In this document: piece by piece, positions 38,000 through 47,384 of the stretch | Layout of the letters: every line of letters begins with the position of its first letter | Position numbering within the stretch: position 1 is the stretch's first letter | Assembly (NCBI GenBank): GCA_021776055.1 | Contig: JAJFGP010000144.1 | Location: 865 to 64,864, forward strand | Origin: Kiloniellaceae bacterium | Lineage (GTDB): Bacteria; Pseudomonadota; Alphaproteobacteria; Kiloniellales; J153 | Direction of reading: 5' to 3' | DNA: 64,000 nt | Program-made: the position numbers and the translations under genes | The notes under the pieces: generated by a model | Databases searched by the model: none | What the model was told of the DNA's origin: nothing | The model's input: only the letters and a program-made list of their open reading frames with translations

Positions 38000-39577
38000 T
38001 CATTTAAGAAGAGTCTGGATATAGCGCTGCAATTCGAGCTTGGTGAGCGCGCGACGATGGCCGACGATGGCCGTCTTGAGGCCACCCGCCACGTTTCCGA
38101 GGAATGCCGCGTCGACGCATTCGCCACCCGCGGCCATGACGGCGGCGGCGGCAACAAAGAACGCGTCCCCCGCGCCTACCGTGTCGATTACGTTCGATGC
38201 GAATGCCGGGATGTGGGTCACTCTTTCGCCGTTGCTCGCATAACAACCGTACTTGCCGTGGGTGATAATTATGTTGGGCGCATGGACTAGCGCCTGCAGT
38301 TTGCCGTCCGCGATAACCGCCGGGTCGGCGTGTTTCTCCTGCACAGCGAGGCGCGCCTCCATGGTGTCGATGCAGAGAAAGTCGGCACGCATGTATTTGT
38401 TGACCAGATTGTAGCCGATGTTGCCCGCGTTCGACTGGGCATTGACGGCGAGGAACTTGGCGTTCTCCGTCAGGACCTGGATTGACGAGCCCTGGATGGC
38501 GCCGTGACCGAAATCGCACACGATGACCGCATCCACCTCGGCCATGCGCGCACGAAGAAGTTTTTGAAATTTCGTAGTTCCTTCAGCCGACAGTGGCTGG
38601 TCATTCATGTGGTAGACCTCGAAGAGCTTTTGTACGTGGGTCGGTTCGACGAAGCGGGTCTTCTGGACCGTAGGCGATTCGGGGCTCTCGAAGAAATAGG
38701 GCGTGATGCTCTTGTCGAGATTCTCGCGCGCAAACGTCTCGTAGTTCTCGCCCAGATTCGACGAACCAACAGTGGTCACCAGCTCGACATTGGGACAAAG
38801 CGCCGCGAGATGGTTTGCCGCAGCGATGACACCACCTGCGAACAACTCCTCTCCGCGCTGATGGGTCGCGATGATGTTTTCCTTGGCGGATTTGCCGAGG
38901 GCGTCCACATAGATGTAGCGGTCAATGATGGTTTCACCAACGATCAGCAATCGCAACTTGGCGATGCGGGAAAACAGATCGTCGAGACGTTCGGCGAGTC
39001 CGTCCCGCCCAACACCCTCAAGATAGTCGCGCGCATCCCCATCATCGACGGAGAAGAACCGATTCAACAGGTTCGACGAACTGAACGTAACGTCATGCGT
39101 GAACACCAGCACACCACCATGGCGTTCCACCGCTTCTTTTTCGACGACGATCTTACCTGTAATATCCTTCTCGAAGTCGTCATATTCGCCTCCCTTAATG
39201 TAGGCGGCGGGCTTGACCGCGTCGATTGCCACGGTGGCGCTTGGCTCGTGGACAATGGCGACGTAGTCGACGAGATCAAGTGCTGCCAGCATTTCGGCGC
39301 GGAGTTCCTCGCCGAATGCCGGTCGATCAGGGCCTTTATTCACATACTCGTCGCAGGTGACCGTGACGACCAGCACATCGCCCTGCTGCCTGGCGGCCTC
39401 AAGGTGTCGCAGGTGGCCGACGTGCAACAGGTCGAAGACGCCGTGACACAGCGCGACGCGCTGGCCTTCAGCTTGGAGCTTCCGGCAGACCGTGCTGAGT
39501 TCCGCAAGCGGCAAGACCTTTCGACGCGTGCTACTCTTGCCTTCTGCGCTCGATGTAGGGTGTGTGCGTATGTTCAT
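38000..39577 (-). CDS. Bifunctional nucleotidyltransferase/PfkB kinase (HldE-like, reversed domain order)
   Basis: N-terminal HGVFDLLHVGH (HxGH) and KGPDRP; C-terminal DFGHG and DTVGAGDAF PfkB motif. Confidence 0.9.
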   Translation of the reverse strand: MNIRTHPTSSAEGKSSTRRKVLPLAELSTVCRKLQAEGQRVALCHGVFDLLHVGHLRHLEAARQQGDVLVVTVTCDEYVNKGPDRPAFGEELRAEMLAALDLVDYVAIVHEPSATVAIDAVKPAAYIKGGEYDDFEKDITGKIVVEKEAVERHGGVLVFTHDVTFSSSNLLNRFFSVDDGDARDYLEGVGRDGLAERLDDLFSRIAKLRLLIVGETIIDRYIYVDALGKSAKENIIATHQRGEELFAGGVIAAANHLAALCPNVELVTTVGSSNLGENYETFARENLDKSITPYFFESPESPTVQKTRFVEPTHVQKLFEVYHMNDQPLSAEGTTKFQKLLRARMAEVDAVIVCDFGHGAIQGSSIQVLTENAKFLAVNAQSNAGNIGYNLVNKYMRADFLCIDTMEARLAVQEKHADPAVIADGKLQALVHAPNIIITHGKYGCYASNGERVTHIPAFASNVIDTVGAGDAFFVAAAAVMAAGGECVDAAFLGNVAGGLKTAIVGHRRALTKLELQRYIQTLLK

Positions 39578-40578
39578 GATTTTGAATCGCCAAGGTATTC
39601 AAACCAGCTTTTTGTGGCCACCTCGATGCTTTCGGGTGTCCAAACCGGGGCCGTGCGCCAATGCTCTATATTCTCTAGCATGATCCGGACCCCATCGGCG
39701 AACGGCACTTTTGCGCGCCAATTCAAATCACGCTCGATAGCTACCGTATCGGCGAAAGTGCAGTCCGGCTCGCCCGGCCGCTTCGGAATATGCACCGTCT
39801 GTTTTGCGCCGAGCAAGCGGACCAGTTCGTTCACGCTGTAAGTGCCACCTGATCCGACATTGTAGACGCGGCCTGCGAAGGGTGCGGCTGCGGCCGCCAG
39901 GAACGCTTCGATTATGTCTGTCACATAGGTGAAATCCCGGGTCTGCTCGCCGTCGCCGACGATGGTGAGTGGCTCACCGGCGAGGGCCTGGGCGAGAAAC
40001 ACGCCGAACACGGCGCCGTAGGTGCCGCCGGTCCGCGCGCGCGGACCGAAGACGTTAAACATGCGGAGCGACAGCACCGAGAGTCCGTAGATCTGACCCC
40101 AGTGCAGCACCAACTGCTCGCCGAGGTTCTTGGTAAGCGCGTATGGGTACTGCGGTTTGATGTCGGCGGTCTCCGCAGTCGGATAGCTGTCCGGGATGCC
40201 GTAGCATGTCGATGACGCCGCGTAGAGGAAACGCTCAACGCCCGCGCGGCGCGCCTCTTCGAGCATGTTAAATGTGCCGTCCACGTTGGCGCGGAAATAG
40301 GCCTCGGGTCGCTCGATGGACGGCACGATGTCGGCTAACGCCGCAAAATGAAAGACCCGTCCCACACCGTCGAGAGTGCCGGCGACCGCCGCCTTATCGG
40401 CGATGTCCACCTCGATAAATTCAAAACGCGGGTTGCCCTCCGCTTGCGCCAGGTTGCGCCGATTGCCGTTGCTCAGGTTGTCGATCACGCGAACCTTGCC
40501 GCCGTTCTCGCTTAGAAGACGGTCCACCATATGACTGCCGATGAACCCGGCGCCACCGGTTACCACGTCGATCTTCAT
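39574..40578 (-). CDS. NAD-dependent epimerase (UDP-hexose/HexNAc 4-epimerase-like)
   Basis: TGGAGFIGSH, YALTK, FNVFGPR and GDGEQTRDF. Start ATG 40578. Confidence 0.9.
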   Translation of the reverse strand: MKIDVVTGGAGFIGSHMVDRLLSENGGKVRVIDNLSNGNRRNLAQAEGNPRFEFIEVDIADKAAVAGTLDGVGRVFHFAALADIVPSIERPEAYFRANVDGTFNMLEEARRAGVERFLYAASSTCYGIPDSYPTAETADIKPQYPYALTKNLGEQLVLHWGQIYGLSVLSLRMFNVFGPRARTGGTYGAVFGVFLAQALAGEPLTIVGDGEQTRDFTYVTDIIEAFLAAAAAPFAGRVYNVGSGGTYSVNELVRLLGAKQTVHIPKRPGEPDCTFADTVAIERDLNWRAKVPFADGVRIMLENIEHWRTAPVWTPESIEVATKSWFEYLGDSKS

Positions 40579-40611
40579 CGCTCGTCCTTTGCCTCGGATA
40601 ACGGATGCGTC

Positions 40612-40640
40612 TTGATAAGCCAAGGATCAACGCCTATAGA
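40612..40640 (+). promoter_or_regulatory. Candidate sigma70 promoter for the inverted cupin/radical SAM pair
   Basis: TTGATA-N17-TATAGA in the 71-bp divergent gap. Confidence 0.35.
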
Positions 40641-40649
40641 AGAGAAACC

Positions 40650-41171
40650 ATGCAAATCAGCGGAATGGAGCTTGAGGAGACAGATCCCGGCGTGTTCTAC
40701 ACGTCGAGCGAATTTGTCACGGCCGACGACCAAATGGTTGCATTCCTGAAACGAGCGGCGAACACATCGCCCACCCAGCGGGCGCGTCTCTGCGCCCATC
40801 CGTCGCCGGCAGCTGAACAGCATGACATGCTCGTCGTCACCGCCCGCGACAGCTATGTCGCGCCCCACCGTCATCTTACGAAAAGCGAAACCTTTCTGGT
40901 GATCGAAGGCCAGGCGGACGCCCTGCTGTTCGACGACGACGGCACACTCGCCTCGATCGTCGCCATGGGTCCGGCCCAAACCGGGCGCAGCTTTTTCTAT
41001 CGCATGCCGCGCGGGCGTTTCCATGCCTTGCGTGTGCTTAGCGATCACATCGTATTCCTTGAGAGCGCCAAGGGCCCCTACGACCCGGATACATCCGAAC
41101 ATGCGCCCTGGGCGCCGGGGCCAACCGAGACCGACGCCGGACTACGTTACATATCCGCGTGTCTGGCATAG
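40650..41171 (+). CDS. WbuC-family cupin-fold metalloprotein
   Basis: RARLCAH, HDML, YVAPHRH..KSETF..IEG, FH and E...GP motifs. Confidence 0.85.
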   Translation: MQISGMELEETDPGVFYTSSEFVTADDQMVAFLKRAANTSPTQRARLCAHPSPAAEQHDMLVVTARDSYVAPHRHLTKSETFLVIEGQADALLFDDDGTLASIVAMGPAQTGRSFFYRMPRGRFHALRVLSDHIVFLESAKGPYDPDTSEHAPWAPGPTETDAGLRYISACLA

Positions 41172-41199
41172 AGGTATTAAAAGTAGTTCGAGGAACTCC

Positions 41200-42273
41200 A
41201 TGGCTACACCCGATAGGCGCTACAGCAATCTCAAACCCTTCCTCTTTCCCGACCAGATAGCGGCGCTTCGCCAACGGCGCTTGGCGGCGCCCGCTCATAT
41301 TCGCATCAAGCCGACCAATCGGTGCAATCACGACTGCTGGTATTGCGCCTATCGCCGTGACAGCTTGCAGCTTGGCGACGACATGGACCTGGCGGACAGT
41401 ATCCCGACCGACAAAATGTTCGAAATCATCGACGATATCATCGCCATGGGGGTCAAGGCCGTGACCTTTTCGGGTGGCGGCGAGCCGACCCTTTACAAGC
41501 GCCTTCCCGAATGCGTTGAGCGGCTGGCCATGGGCGGTGTGCGGGTCGCGACTTTGACCAACGGGTCGAACCTGAAAGGTCGCGTGGCGGAAGCCTTCGC
41601 CCGTTTCGGGACATGGGTGCGCGTGTCGCTCGATGCCTGGAACGACGACAGCTACGCCCTGGCGCGCGGGATCAAATCCGGGACCTTCACAAAGCTCATG
41701 GATAACCTGAAGGCCTTTTCGGCTTCCGGCACAGGTTGCGAGCTGGGCGTCAGCTTTATCGTCGGCGTGGAAAATCACGCGCATATCCATGAGGCATGCC
41801 GCGCCCTGAAGGACGCCGGGGTACGGCATGTCAAGATTTCGGCGGTGGTGGTTTCCAACGACGTCGGTGAAAACAACGCATACCACGATCCGATACGAAT
41901 GCGCGTCGAGGAGGAGATCGAGCGCACTTCCAGGCTGTGCGACGGGAATTTCAGCGTCATCAATCACTACCACGCCATGGCAGAGTCTTTCGCCAAGCCG
42001 TATCACTTCTGTCCGTCGCTCCAGTTCCTGACGGTGATCGGCGCCGACAGCAAGGTTTATGCGTGCCAGGACAAAGCCTATACGAACAGCGGTTTTCTCG
42101 GAGATATCGCCCGGCAATCATTCAGAACTTTCTGGTTCTCTGAGGAAAACATGAAGCGAATTTACGCCTTCGATCCCGCGATATCCTGCCCGCATCATTG
42201 TGTCAGCCATGGCAAGAACCTGGTGCTTTCGGAGTTCGTAGGCCTGGATTCCGAGCACGCCATGTTCGTCTGA
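41200..42273 (+). CDS. Radical SAM protein with SPASM/twitch domain
   Basis: CNHDCWYC, SGGGEP and C-terminal C...VYAC...CPHHC. AGGA RBS before ATG 41200. Confidence 0.9.
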   Translation: MATPDRRYSNLKPFLFPDQIAALRQRRLAAPAHIRIKPTNRCNHDCWYCAYRRDSLQLGDDMDLADSIPTDKMFEIIDDIIAMGVKAVTFSGGGEPTLYKRLPECVERLAMGGVRVATLTNGSNLKGRVAEAFARFGTWVRVSLDAWNDDSYALARGIKSGTFTKLMDNLKAFSASGTGCELGVSFIVGVENHAHIHEACRALKDAGVRHVKISAVVVSNDVGENNAYHDPIRMRVEEEIERTSRLCDGNFSVINHYHAMAESFAKPYHFCPSLQFLTVIGADSKVYACQDKAYTNSGFLGDIARQSFRTFWFSEENMKRIYAFDPAISCPHHCVSHGKNLVLSEFVGLDSEHAMFV

Positions 42274-42290
42274 GCAACGCCAACGACGGA

Positions 42291-43361
42291 TCATAAAAAA
42301 TCACTATGGCTGCTTGGTTGGTCTATGGTCTCAAGCAATTCATTGTGCCCCGACATCATGCAGGGATACGGACAGTCGCGATAATCAATGTCTTGATAGA
42401 CGTCGCGGCGGCGCTGAGAGTCCCATATCTCGGCAAAGGACTGCTTGGTCAGATCACCCAGCATGTATTTTTCCCGATCCTTGGTATGACAGCATAGATA
42501 CATTTTGCCGCTCGCCGCGATTTGCGTCGTGAAGTGATGAACATGACACCGCGAATAATTCACCGAAGCGGTCTTGTCCCCTACCCAGACCGTGCGGGCG
42601 TCGGGGTAGGAAACTTTAAACCTGTCGGTTTCGAGATCCTTGCACCGATCTAGCGACCGCATGACCTTGGGCAGATCATCGTGGGCAAACGGCAGATCGC
42701 CGTTCCAGGCGAAATACGGCCGGAACCGAATATAGTCGGCGCCCATGCCGTAGGCCGTCTCAGCGGCACCGTAGATGCCTGAAATCGTGTGTGACCCGAT
42801 CAGGTAGCTGGTGCCGATCGTCAGTGGCGACTGTCTTTCATGCCGCAGATCGACGAGTTGGCGCGCGTTATCCAGCACGCGTTCGAAGGCCTTGCCGCCC
42901 ATGCCGTGGGTTTGGCGGTATAGAGCCGGGCCGTCCGCGTCCAGGCTGATGCGCACCCAGTGACAGCAATCGACCATGGCTTCCATCATGTCGGGGCGCA
43001 TGAGAAATCCATTTGTGAACAGCCCGACTTTCATGCCAAACCCATGGATCAGGCGAAGAACCTCCGCGGCATGGGGATGGCACGAAGCATCACCCCCGCC
43101 GCCAAGGCTGACCGCCTTCACACCGGCCTCAGAAAGCTGGCGGAAAATTCTTTCCAGACTATCCAGGCCAATCGTCGTCTTGTCCGCAAAATCCGCGCCG
43201 TTGCACTGCGGACATCTATGATTGCAGATGTTAGTCACATCAATGCCGACGCTGATCGGTGCCGTCCGCCCTTCGGCCTTCCACTGATGCAGCCGATCGG
43301 GATGGGCCAGGAGCTTATGCGTGCTGAATGGATCTGCCTGGATGTTCTGTCGCTGCCCCAT
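42291..43361 (-). CDS. Radical SAM protein with SPASM/twitch domain (paralog)
   Basis: CNHRCPQC, GGGGD, RISLDA and C...MYLCC...CPYPC. TAATG coupling at 43361. Confidence 0.9.
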   Translation of the reverse strand: MGQRQNIQADPFSTHKLLAHPDRLHQWKAEGRTAPISVGIDVTNICNHRCPQCNGADFADKTTIGLDSLERIFRQLSEAGVKAVSLGGGGDASCHPHAAEVLRLIHGFGMKVGLFTNGFLMRPDMMEAMVDCCHWVRISLDADGPALYRQTHGMGGKAFERVLDNARQLVDLRHERQSPLTIGTSYLIGSHTISGIYGAAETAYGMGADYIRFRPYFAWNGDLPFAHDDLPKVMRSLDRCKDLETDRFKVSYPDARTVWVGDKTASVNYSRCHVHHFTTQIAASGKMYLCCHTKDREKYMLGDLTKQSFAEIWDSQRRRDVYQDIDYRDCPYPCMMSGHNELLETIDQPSSHSDFL

Positions 43362-44587
43362 TACTTGATATGACTCCAAATGGACCGCGGACTATCAACG
43401 AGCGCCGAGAAAAATGCGCCGCCGCCATCGGTAAAGCCTGAATGCTTGTCGATGATCTTGTCTTCACTGCTAGGAGAAAAGGCAAACAGGCAAATAGGTT
43501 GCCGCATTGGGTCAAGCGCTGCGGCCGACAAAATCGGAAGGCCGCTTCCGGCCATGAATAGCCCCTGCTTTTGTGGCGTATCATCGATCACCAGATCGCA
43601 AAGATCGGCGAGGCCGTGAAAATTAATAAACCCACAAGCGTGGTGTCCAGCCCCATATAGTGCAAACCCTTGGTTGGGACCGAGACGGTCATTTAGGTGC
43701 TGTTTGATAGAATGCGTGCGGTGGGCAAAACCGGCGGCGAACGCTCGTGCGTTGTCTACGAGGGCATCCGTGCCGGTCGCTTCGATCGTGGGTTCCACGC
43801 CAGGTTCCTTGCGTCCTATCAGCACCAGCACGTCTTCGAACGGATGCGCATAACGGCGCAGCTCCACCAGCTTGCAGCCTGCCCGCGCAAGCAGCATGGG
43901 GGCGGTTTCCTCGGTCAAATATAGCGTGTGTTCCTCCCAGATCATCGCGTAATCGTGGCGTTCCATGTTGGCCGCGCAATCGGGAACCTCGATCATCAGA
44001 TGGCCGCCGTCCGCGAGCAGATCGGACAGGGCGCTCAAAAACTGAGGCGGCGAAGCGCAGTGCTCCGCGATGTGACGTGCGATGAGGACGTTGACCCGCC
44101 CGCCACGGTCCGCAACGTGGCGGGCGCGGTTGCAATCAAGCCGCGCCTGCACCGTCTCCACGTTGGCCGCAGGGTTCTCCGCGCCGAGGTCAGTCCGAGG
44201 ATCAATGCGCCAACTGACCTGCGCACCGGCACCCCGCAGGCGCTCGAGGGTGCTGTCGTCCTTCGGTGACACGCCACCCACCATGAGTTCGTTGGGGAGC
44301 TCGGGAAGCGCCATGATGCGTGTCACGACCTCGTCGAGGTGGGCCTCAGGCTCGCGAAAACTGAACCAGGGGTATGGCGGTACCAGCGCCTCGTCTGGAA
44401 ACGGTGCTGTGAGCTGAGAGAGACCGCAAGACGTGCAGCAGCCCCAGACCAGCGGGAAGCGCATATCCAAATCGTCGGACGAGCCCCTGAAATGATTAGC
44501 CACAGGCTGATGCCCCAAATCCAGCAAAATCTCGACGGTAGCGGCAGCGCAGAGCTTGCAGGTCCGAGCCGATGTGGCACGCGTCAT
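43361..44587 (-). CDS. NDP-sugar C-methyltransferase-like protein with degenerate SAM motif
   Basis: CKLC...CTSC, LGHQPVAN, HIAEH, WEEH, YGAG and IDDTPQKQG. ATG 44587 overlaps the upstream stop. Confidence 0.8.
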   Translation of the reverse strand: MTRATSARTCKLCAAATVEILLDLGHQPVANHFRGSSDDLDMRFPLVWGCCTSCGLSQLTAPFPDEALVPPYPWFSFREPEAHLDEVVTRIMALPELPNELMVGGVSPKDDSTLERLRGAGAQVSWRIDPRTDLGAENPAANVETVQARLDCNRARHVADRGGRVNVLIARHIAEHCASPPQFLSALSDLLADGGHLMIEVPDCAANMERHDYAMIWEEHTLYLTEETAPMLLARAGCKLVELRRYAHPFEDVLVLIGRKEPGVEPTIEATGTDALVDNARAFAAGFAHRTHSIKQHLNDRLGPNQGFALYGAGHHACGFINFHGLADLCDLVIDDTPQKQGLFMAGSGLPILSAAALDPMRQPICLFAFSPSSEDKIIDKHSGFTDGGGAFFSALVDSPRSIWSHIK

Positions 44588-45621
44588 TGATTGGGCCATC
44601 GCCGCAGCATCCAACCGACCTGATAAAGGCGCTGGGGCACGGGAACGCCCAGGCGCTGTCTCGTGATCACATAGACATGGCGGATGCCGACGACGATTTT
44701 GTGGATGAGCCCATGCGCCCGTTGGGTCAGGCGGGGCTTGGGCGCGAGCTCAACGATGTCTTCGATCAGGCTCAATCGCGCCTCGGTCGTCAGGATGCCG
44801 CGCTCGGCGGCGTCATCAGCCAGGCGGATTGCATAGTCATAGAAGCGATAAATCACATAGATCAGCATGAGCTTCAGCACCTGCTCCACGGTATCCGGAA
44901 CGCCGTCGCCGAAATCGCGGATATAGAGTGCATCCCCTGCAAGCAGCTTGGCGCTCAGGTCCGGCCCGGCCGCATCCATATTCAGATATTTTCGCAGGTA
45001 GTGATCCTTGTCATCGTCCTTCATCAGATAAGCGCGATGGGTTCTCAAATCGAAGAGCTTGAACCCCTTGGCGCTCATAAACGCGTCGATATCGCGAAAC
45101 AAGGGCTGACCCAGATACAGTTCTTCGAATTCAACCTCGGTCTCCACGCAAAGAAGCGATTGCCAATGTTCGTCGTCTAGGGATTTCAGGATGTCGAGTT
45201 CGCTGCCCTGGGTGTCCATTTTGATCAACTCAGGTAGCGGACGGTCAAACTTCCGAATGAAATCCGAGAACGAGTAGAACTGAAGATTGAGTATTTCTTT
45301 TACAGTCCAGTAGCGGCTCCTGGTGAATTGCGACAAAATCACGTCGTTTGGCGGATAGAGCGAAGATCCCGATGGCTGATTGGTCAAATAGAACGGCTGC
45401 GTACCCGTCACCGCTGCAAGGCCGATAGGAAACCACGTGGTGTTCCCCATTTCTCGATAGCCCCGATCATCGGCGTCCTCATCCGGCTCGAAAGCATCAA
45501 TTGCCAAATAAGGTGTGAACGGGCGTAAGTGTTCGGGCGCTCCGGCGCGCGCACCGAGGTCGACGCATTGCAGCTTCATCTGCGCGAATTGGCGGGCGAT
45601 GGTGAATTCGTTTGATTTCAT
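44584..45621 (-). CDS. FkbM family methyltransferase
   Basis: DLGAR, AFEPD, IKMDTQGSELDIL, ETEV...Y.GQPLF and GDALY. Confidence 0.9.
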   Translation of the reverse strand: MKSNEFTIARQFAQMKLQCVDLGARAGAPEHLRPFTPYLAIDAFEPDEDADDRGYREMGNTTWFPIGLAAVTGTQPFYLTNQPSGSSLYPPNDVILSQFTRSRYWTVKEILNLQFYSFSDFIRKFDRPLPELIKMDTQGSELDILKSLDDEHWQSLLCVETEVEFEELYLGQPLFRDIDAFMSAKGFKLFDLRTHRAYLMKDDDKDHYLRKYLNMDAAGPDLSAKLLAGDALYIRDFGDGVPDTVEQVLKLMLIYVIYRFYDYAIRLADDAAERGILTTEARLSLIEDIVELAPKPRLTQRAHGLIHKIVVGIRHVYVITRQRLGVPVPQRLYQVGWMLRRWPNQ

Positions 45622-47384
45622 TGCAGAGCACGGCTCATGTGGTTATCTGCGCTGGCGTTGAGATACAGGGGTAGGGCCTCCCGCCATTCCTCCTTGGTCT
45701 GGCTCAGCGCGTCGAGGGTCGGGATGAAGTTCTCAATACAATCCCTGGCCACGAGCCTGTCCGGCGGAGTCCGTTCAATGCCACTCGGCTTGTCGTATGG
45801 GAAAGGCCACTGCATGGCATAGTGCAGGAGGAAGTGGAAGAGTTTCGCGTCTTGTACGCGGTGCGCCGTTGGTATGAAGTCGGTGCAATCGCCGCCGAAC
45901 CTCGCAAGGAGAGCTAGATAATCGTCGGCGTCGCGCGGATCGACCGTAAAGCCCTTCCCCGCGTAGTACACCGAAGACCCAACCAGCACCGGCTTTCCGA
46001 GCATCGCCATCTCAAGCCCCACCGTCGTCGAGAACACCACCCCGCAATCGGCTGCGCCGATCAAGTCATAGGTGTTAACCGATTGCTCGGCGGGAATGAG
46101 CACGACGTCCGAGAGATCGATACCCGCGTCACGGACGAGTCGTTCCGTCGTTTCATCACCGCCCCATCGTGCTTCATCGGGATGAGCGCGCAACACGATC
46201 CGCTTATTCGAATGTTTCAGCAGGTGACGGATGGTGTCGACGAGCCAGGCGCGCATGCTCGGGAATACGGTGAGGAGAGCGTCGTATCCGGCATCGAACG
46301 GCACATTCGTGCAGACGAGAATCAAAGGCTCGTCCGGCCCGACGCCGATCTCTTGGCGAACCGCAGCCACCCCTTGAGACCGCGCCTGTTGGGGGCGCGT
46401 GACCCAGGCATCGATCGAGCCCGAGCGCCTCTTGTTAACGGCCTGCAAAGCCTTGTCTGTCGCCCGCTCAAGAAAGTCCTCGTCGTCCATGCCAAGCTCG
46501 CCACGGGCGCTCCACACGGCGGCAATATCATCGAAGTTCCGAATATGCCCGCCATGGTTTAGAAGCCTAATGTTGCGAAACGAGAACTTGTCAAAGCAGT
46601 TAACCGGCAAGCCATAGGCCTTGGCGGCCTTGAGAACATGGGTGCCCGAGAACGTCGAACCGTTCGGAATGATGCATAAATCGATCGTCCGCGCTTCCCG
46701 ATCAAAATAGAAGCGCGCTGCTTTTGCCGCCAAGCGGCCGAATTCGCGGTAATGCTCGAGATTTGCCACGCATTCAGGATCTTCCAGATCGAGATTCTCC
46801 CGGCACATCGCCATGATTGTGTCGTATCGAGCCCGCTGCTCGATATAGGCCTCGTCGATAATGGTTGATTCGCAGGGCCCGTCGGTGAGGTCGACGCAGC
46901 GAATGCGGCCCCTGCTCAGTTCGCCGACGCGGAGAAGCGCGGCAGCGAGGTAGCCTTTCGCCGATGGATGGTCAATCCGTGGTTCTTTGATGGGACTTTG
47001 CAACATCGGCAAATAGCCGATTGTCACCCTATGCCCGCGCCAGGCCAGAAGCGTGGCGAGGACGACATCCATGCAGAAGCGGCCACGATAGGCGCTGAAC
47101 AGAAAGATATGCTTGCTCTTGGGTAGAGGTGTTCGCGACCCTATTTGCAGCGTCTTCATCCACTTGAAAACGAAGACATGCAGGTTCCACTTGTCATTCG
47201 GCTGAAACCGCAACACCAACGGCGCGAACAGCAATATCACGCGGCGCGCCACAGGCCCTGGATGGCGATGCGCATAGATCCGATCCGGAATCCGTTGCAG
47301 CCGGTGCAGAATAGCGTTGCGTATACGGCGCATCAGTCCCATGTCATGCACTCGCTCGTTCGGCATCGGCTTGGGCAAGGACAT
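45618..47384 (-). CDS. KpsS/KpsC-like capsule-biosynthesis glycosyltransferase
   Basis: NVPFDA, VLRAHPDE and STTVGLEMAMLGKPV..G...Y..KGFT motifs. Start may be 47342. Confidence 0.75.
   Translation of the reverse strand: MSLPKPMPNERVHDMGLMRRIRNAILHRLQRIPDRIYAHRHPGPVARRVILLFAPLVLRFQPNDKWNLHVFVFKWMKTLQIGSRTPLPKSKHIFLFSAYRGRFCMDVVLATLLAWRGHRVTIGYLPMLQSPIKEPRIDHPSAKGYLAAALLRVGELSRGRIRCVDLTDGPCESTIIDEAYIEQRARYDTIMAMCRENLDLEDPECVANLEHYREFGRLAAKAARFYFDREARTIDLCIIPNGSTFSGTHVLKAAKAYGLPVNCFDKFSFRNIRLLNHGGHIRNFDDIAAVWSARGELGMDDEDFLERATDKALQAVNKRRSGSIDAWVTRPQQARSQGVAAVRQEIGVGPDEPLILVCTNVPFDAGYDALLTVFPSMRAWLVDTIRHLLKHSNKRIVLRAHPDEARWGGDETTERLVRDAGIDLSDVVLIPAEQSVNTYDLIGAADCGVVFSTTVGLEMAMLGKPVLVGSSVYYAGKGFTVDPRDADDYLALLARFGGDCTDFIPTAHRVQDAKLFHFLLHYAMQWPFPYDKPSGIERTPPDRLVARDCIENFIPTLDALSQTKEEWREALPLYLNASADNHMSRALQ

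Noticed and set aside
35891-39577. Phosphonate or P-methylation pathway suggested by B12-rSAM plus cytidylyltransferase
   Set aside because: No PEP mutase or phosphonopyruvate decarboxylase is recognisable in the window.
38504-39841. Long plus-strand ORFs antisense to real genes (445 aa here; also 788..1786, 6318..7199, 7549..8619, 34564..35712, and minus-strand 41038..42117)
   Set aside because: They mirror well-supported genes, lack motifs and RBSs, and are expected shadows of high-GC codon usage.
40579-42290. Invertible (phase-variable) segment around the plus-strand island
   Set aside because: No inverted repeats found at the two boundaries by eye (only short direct matches such as CAACGCC), and no intact recombinase is present.
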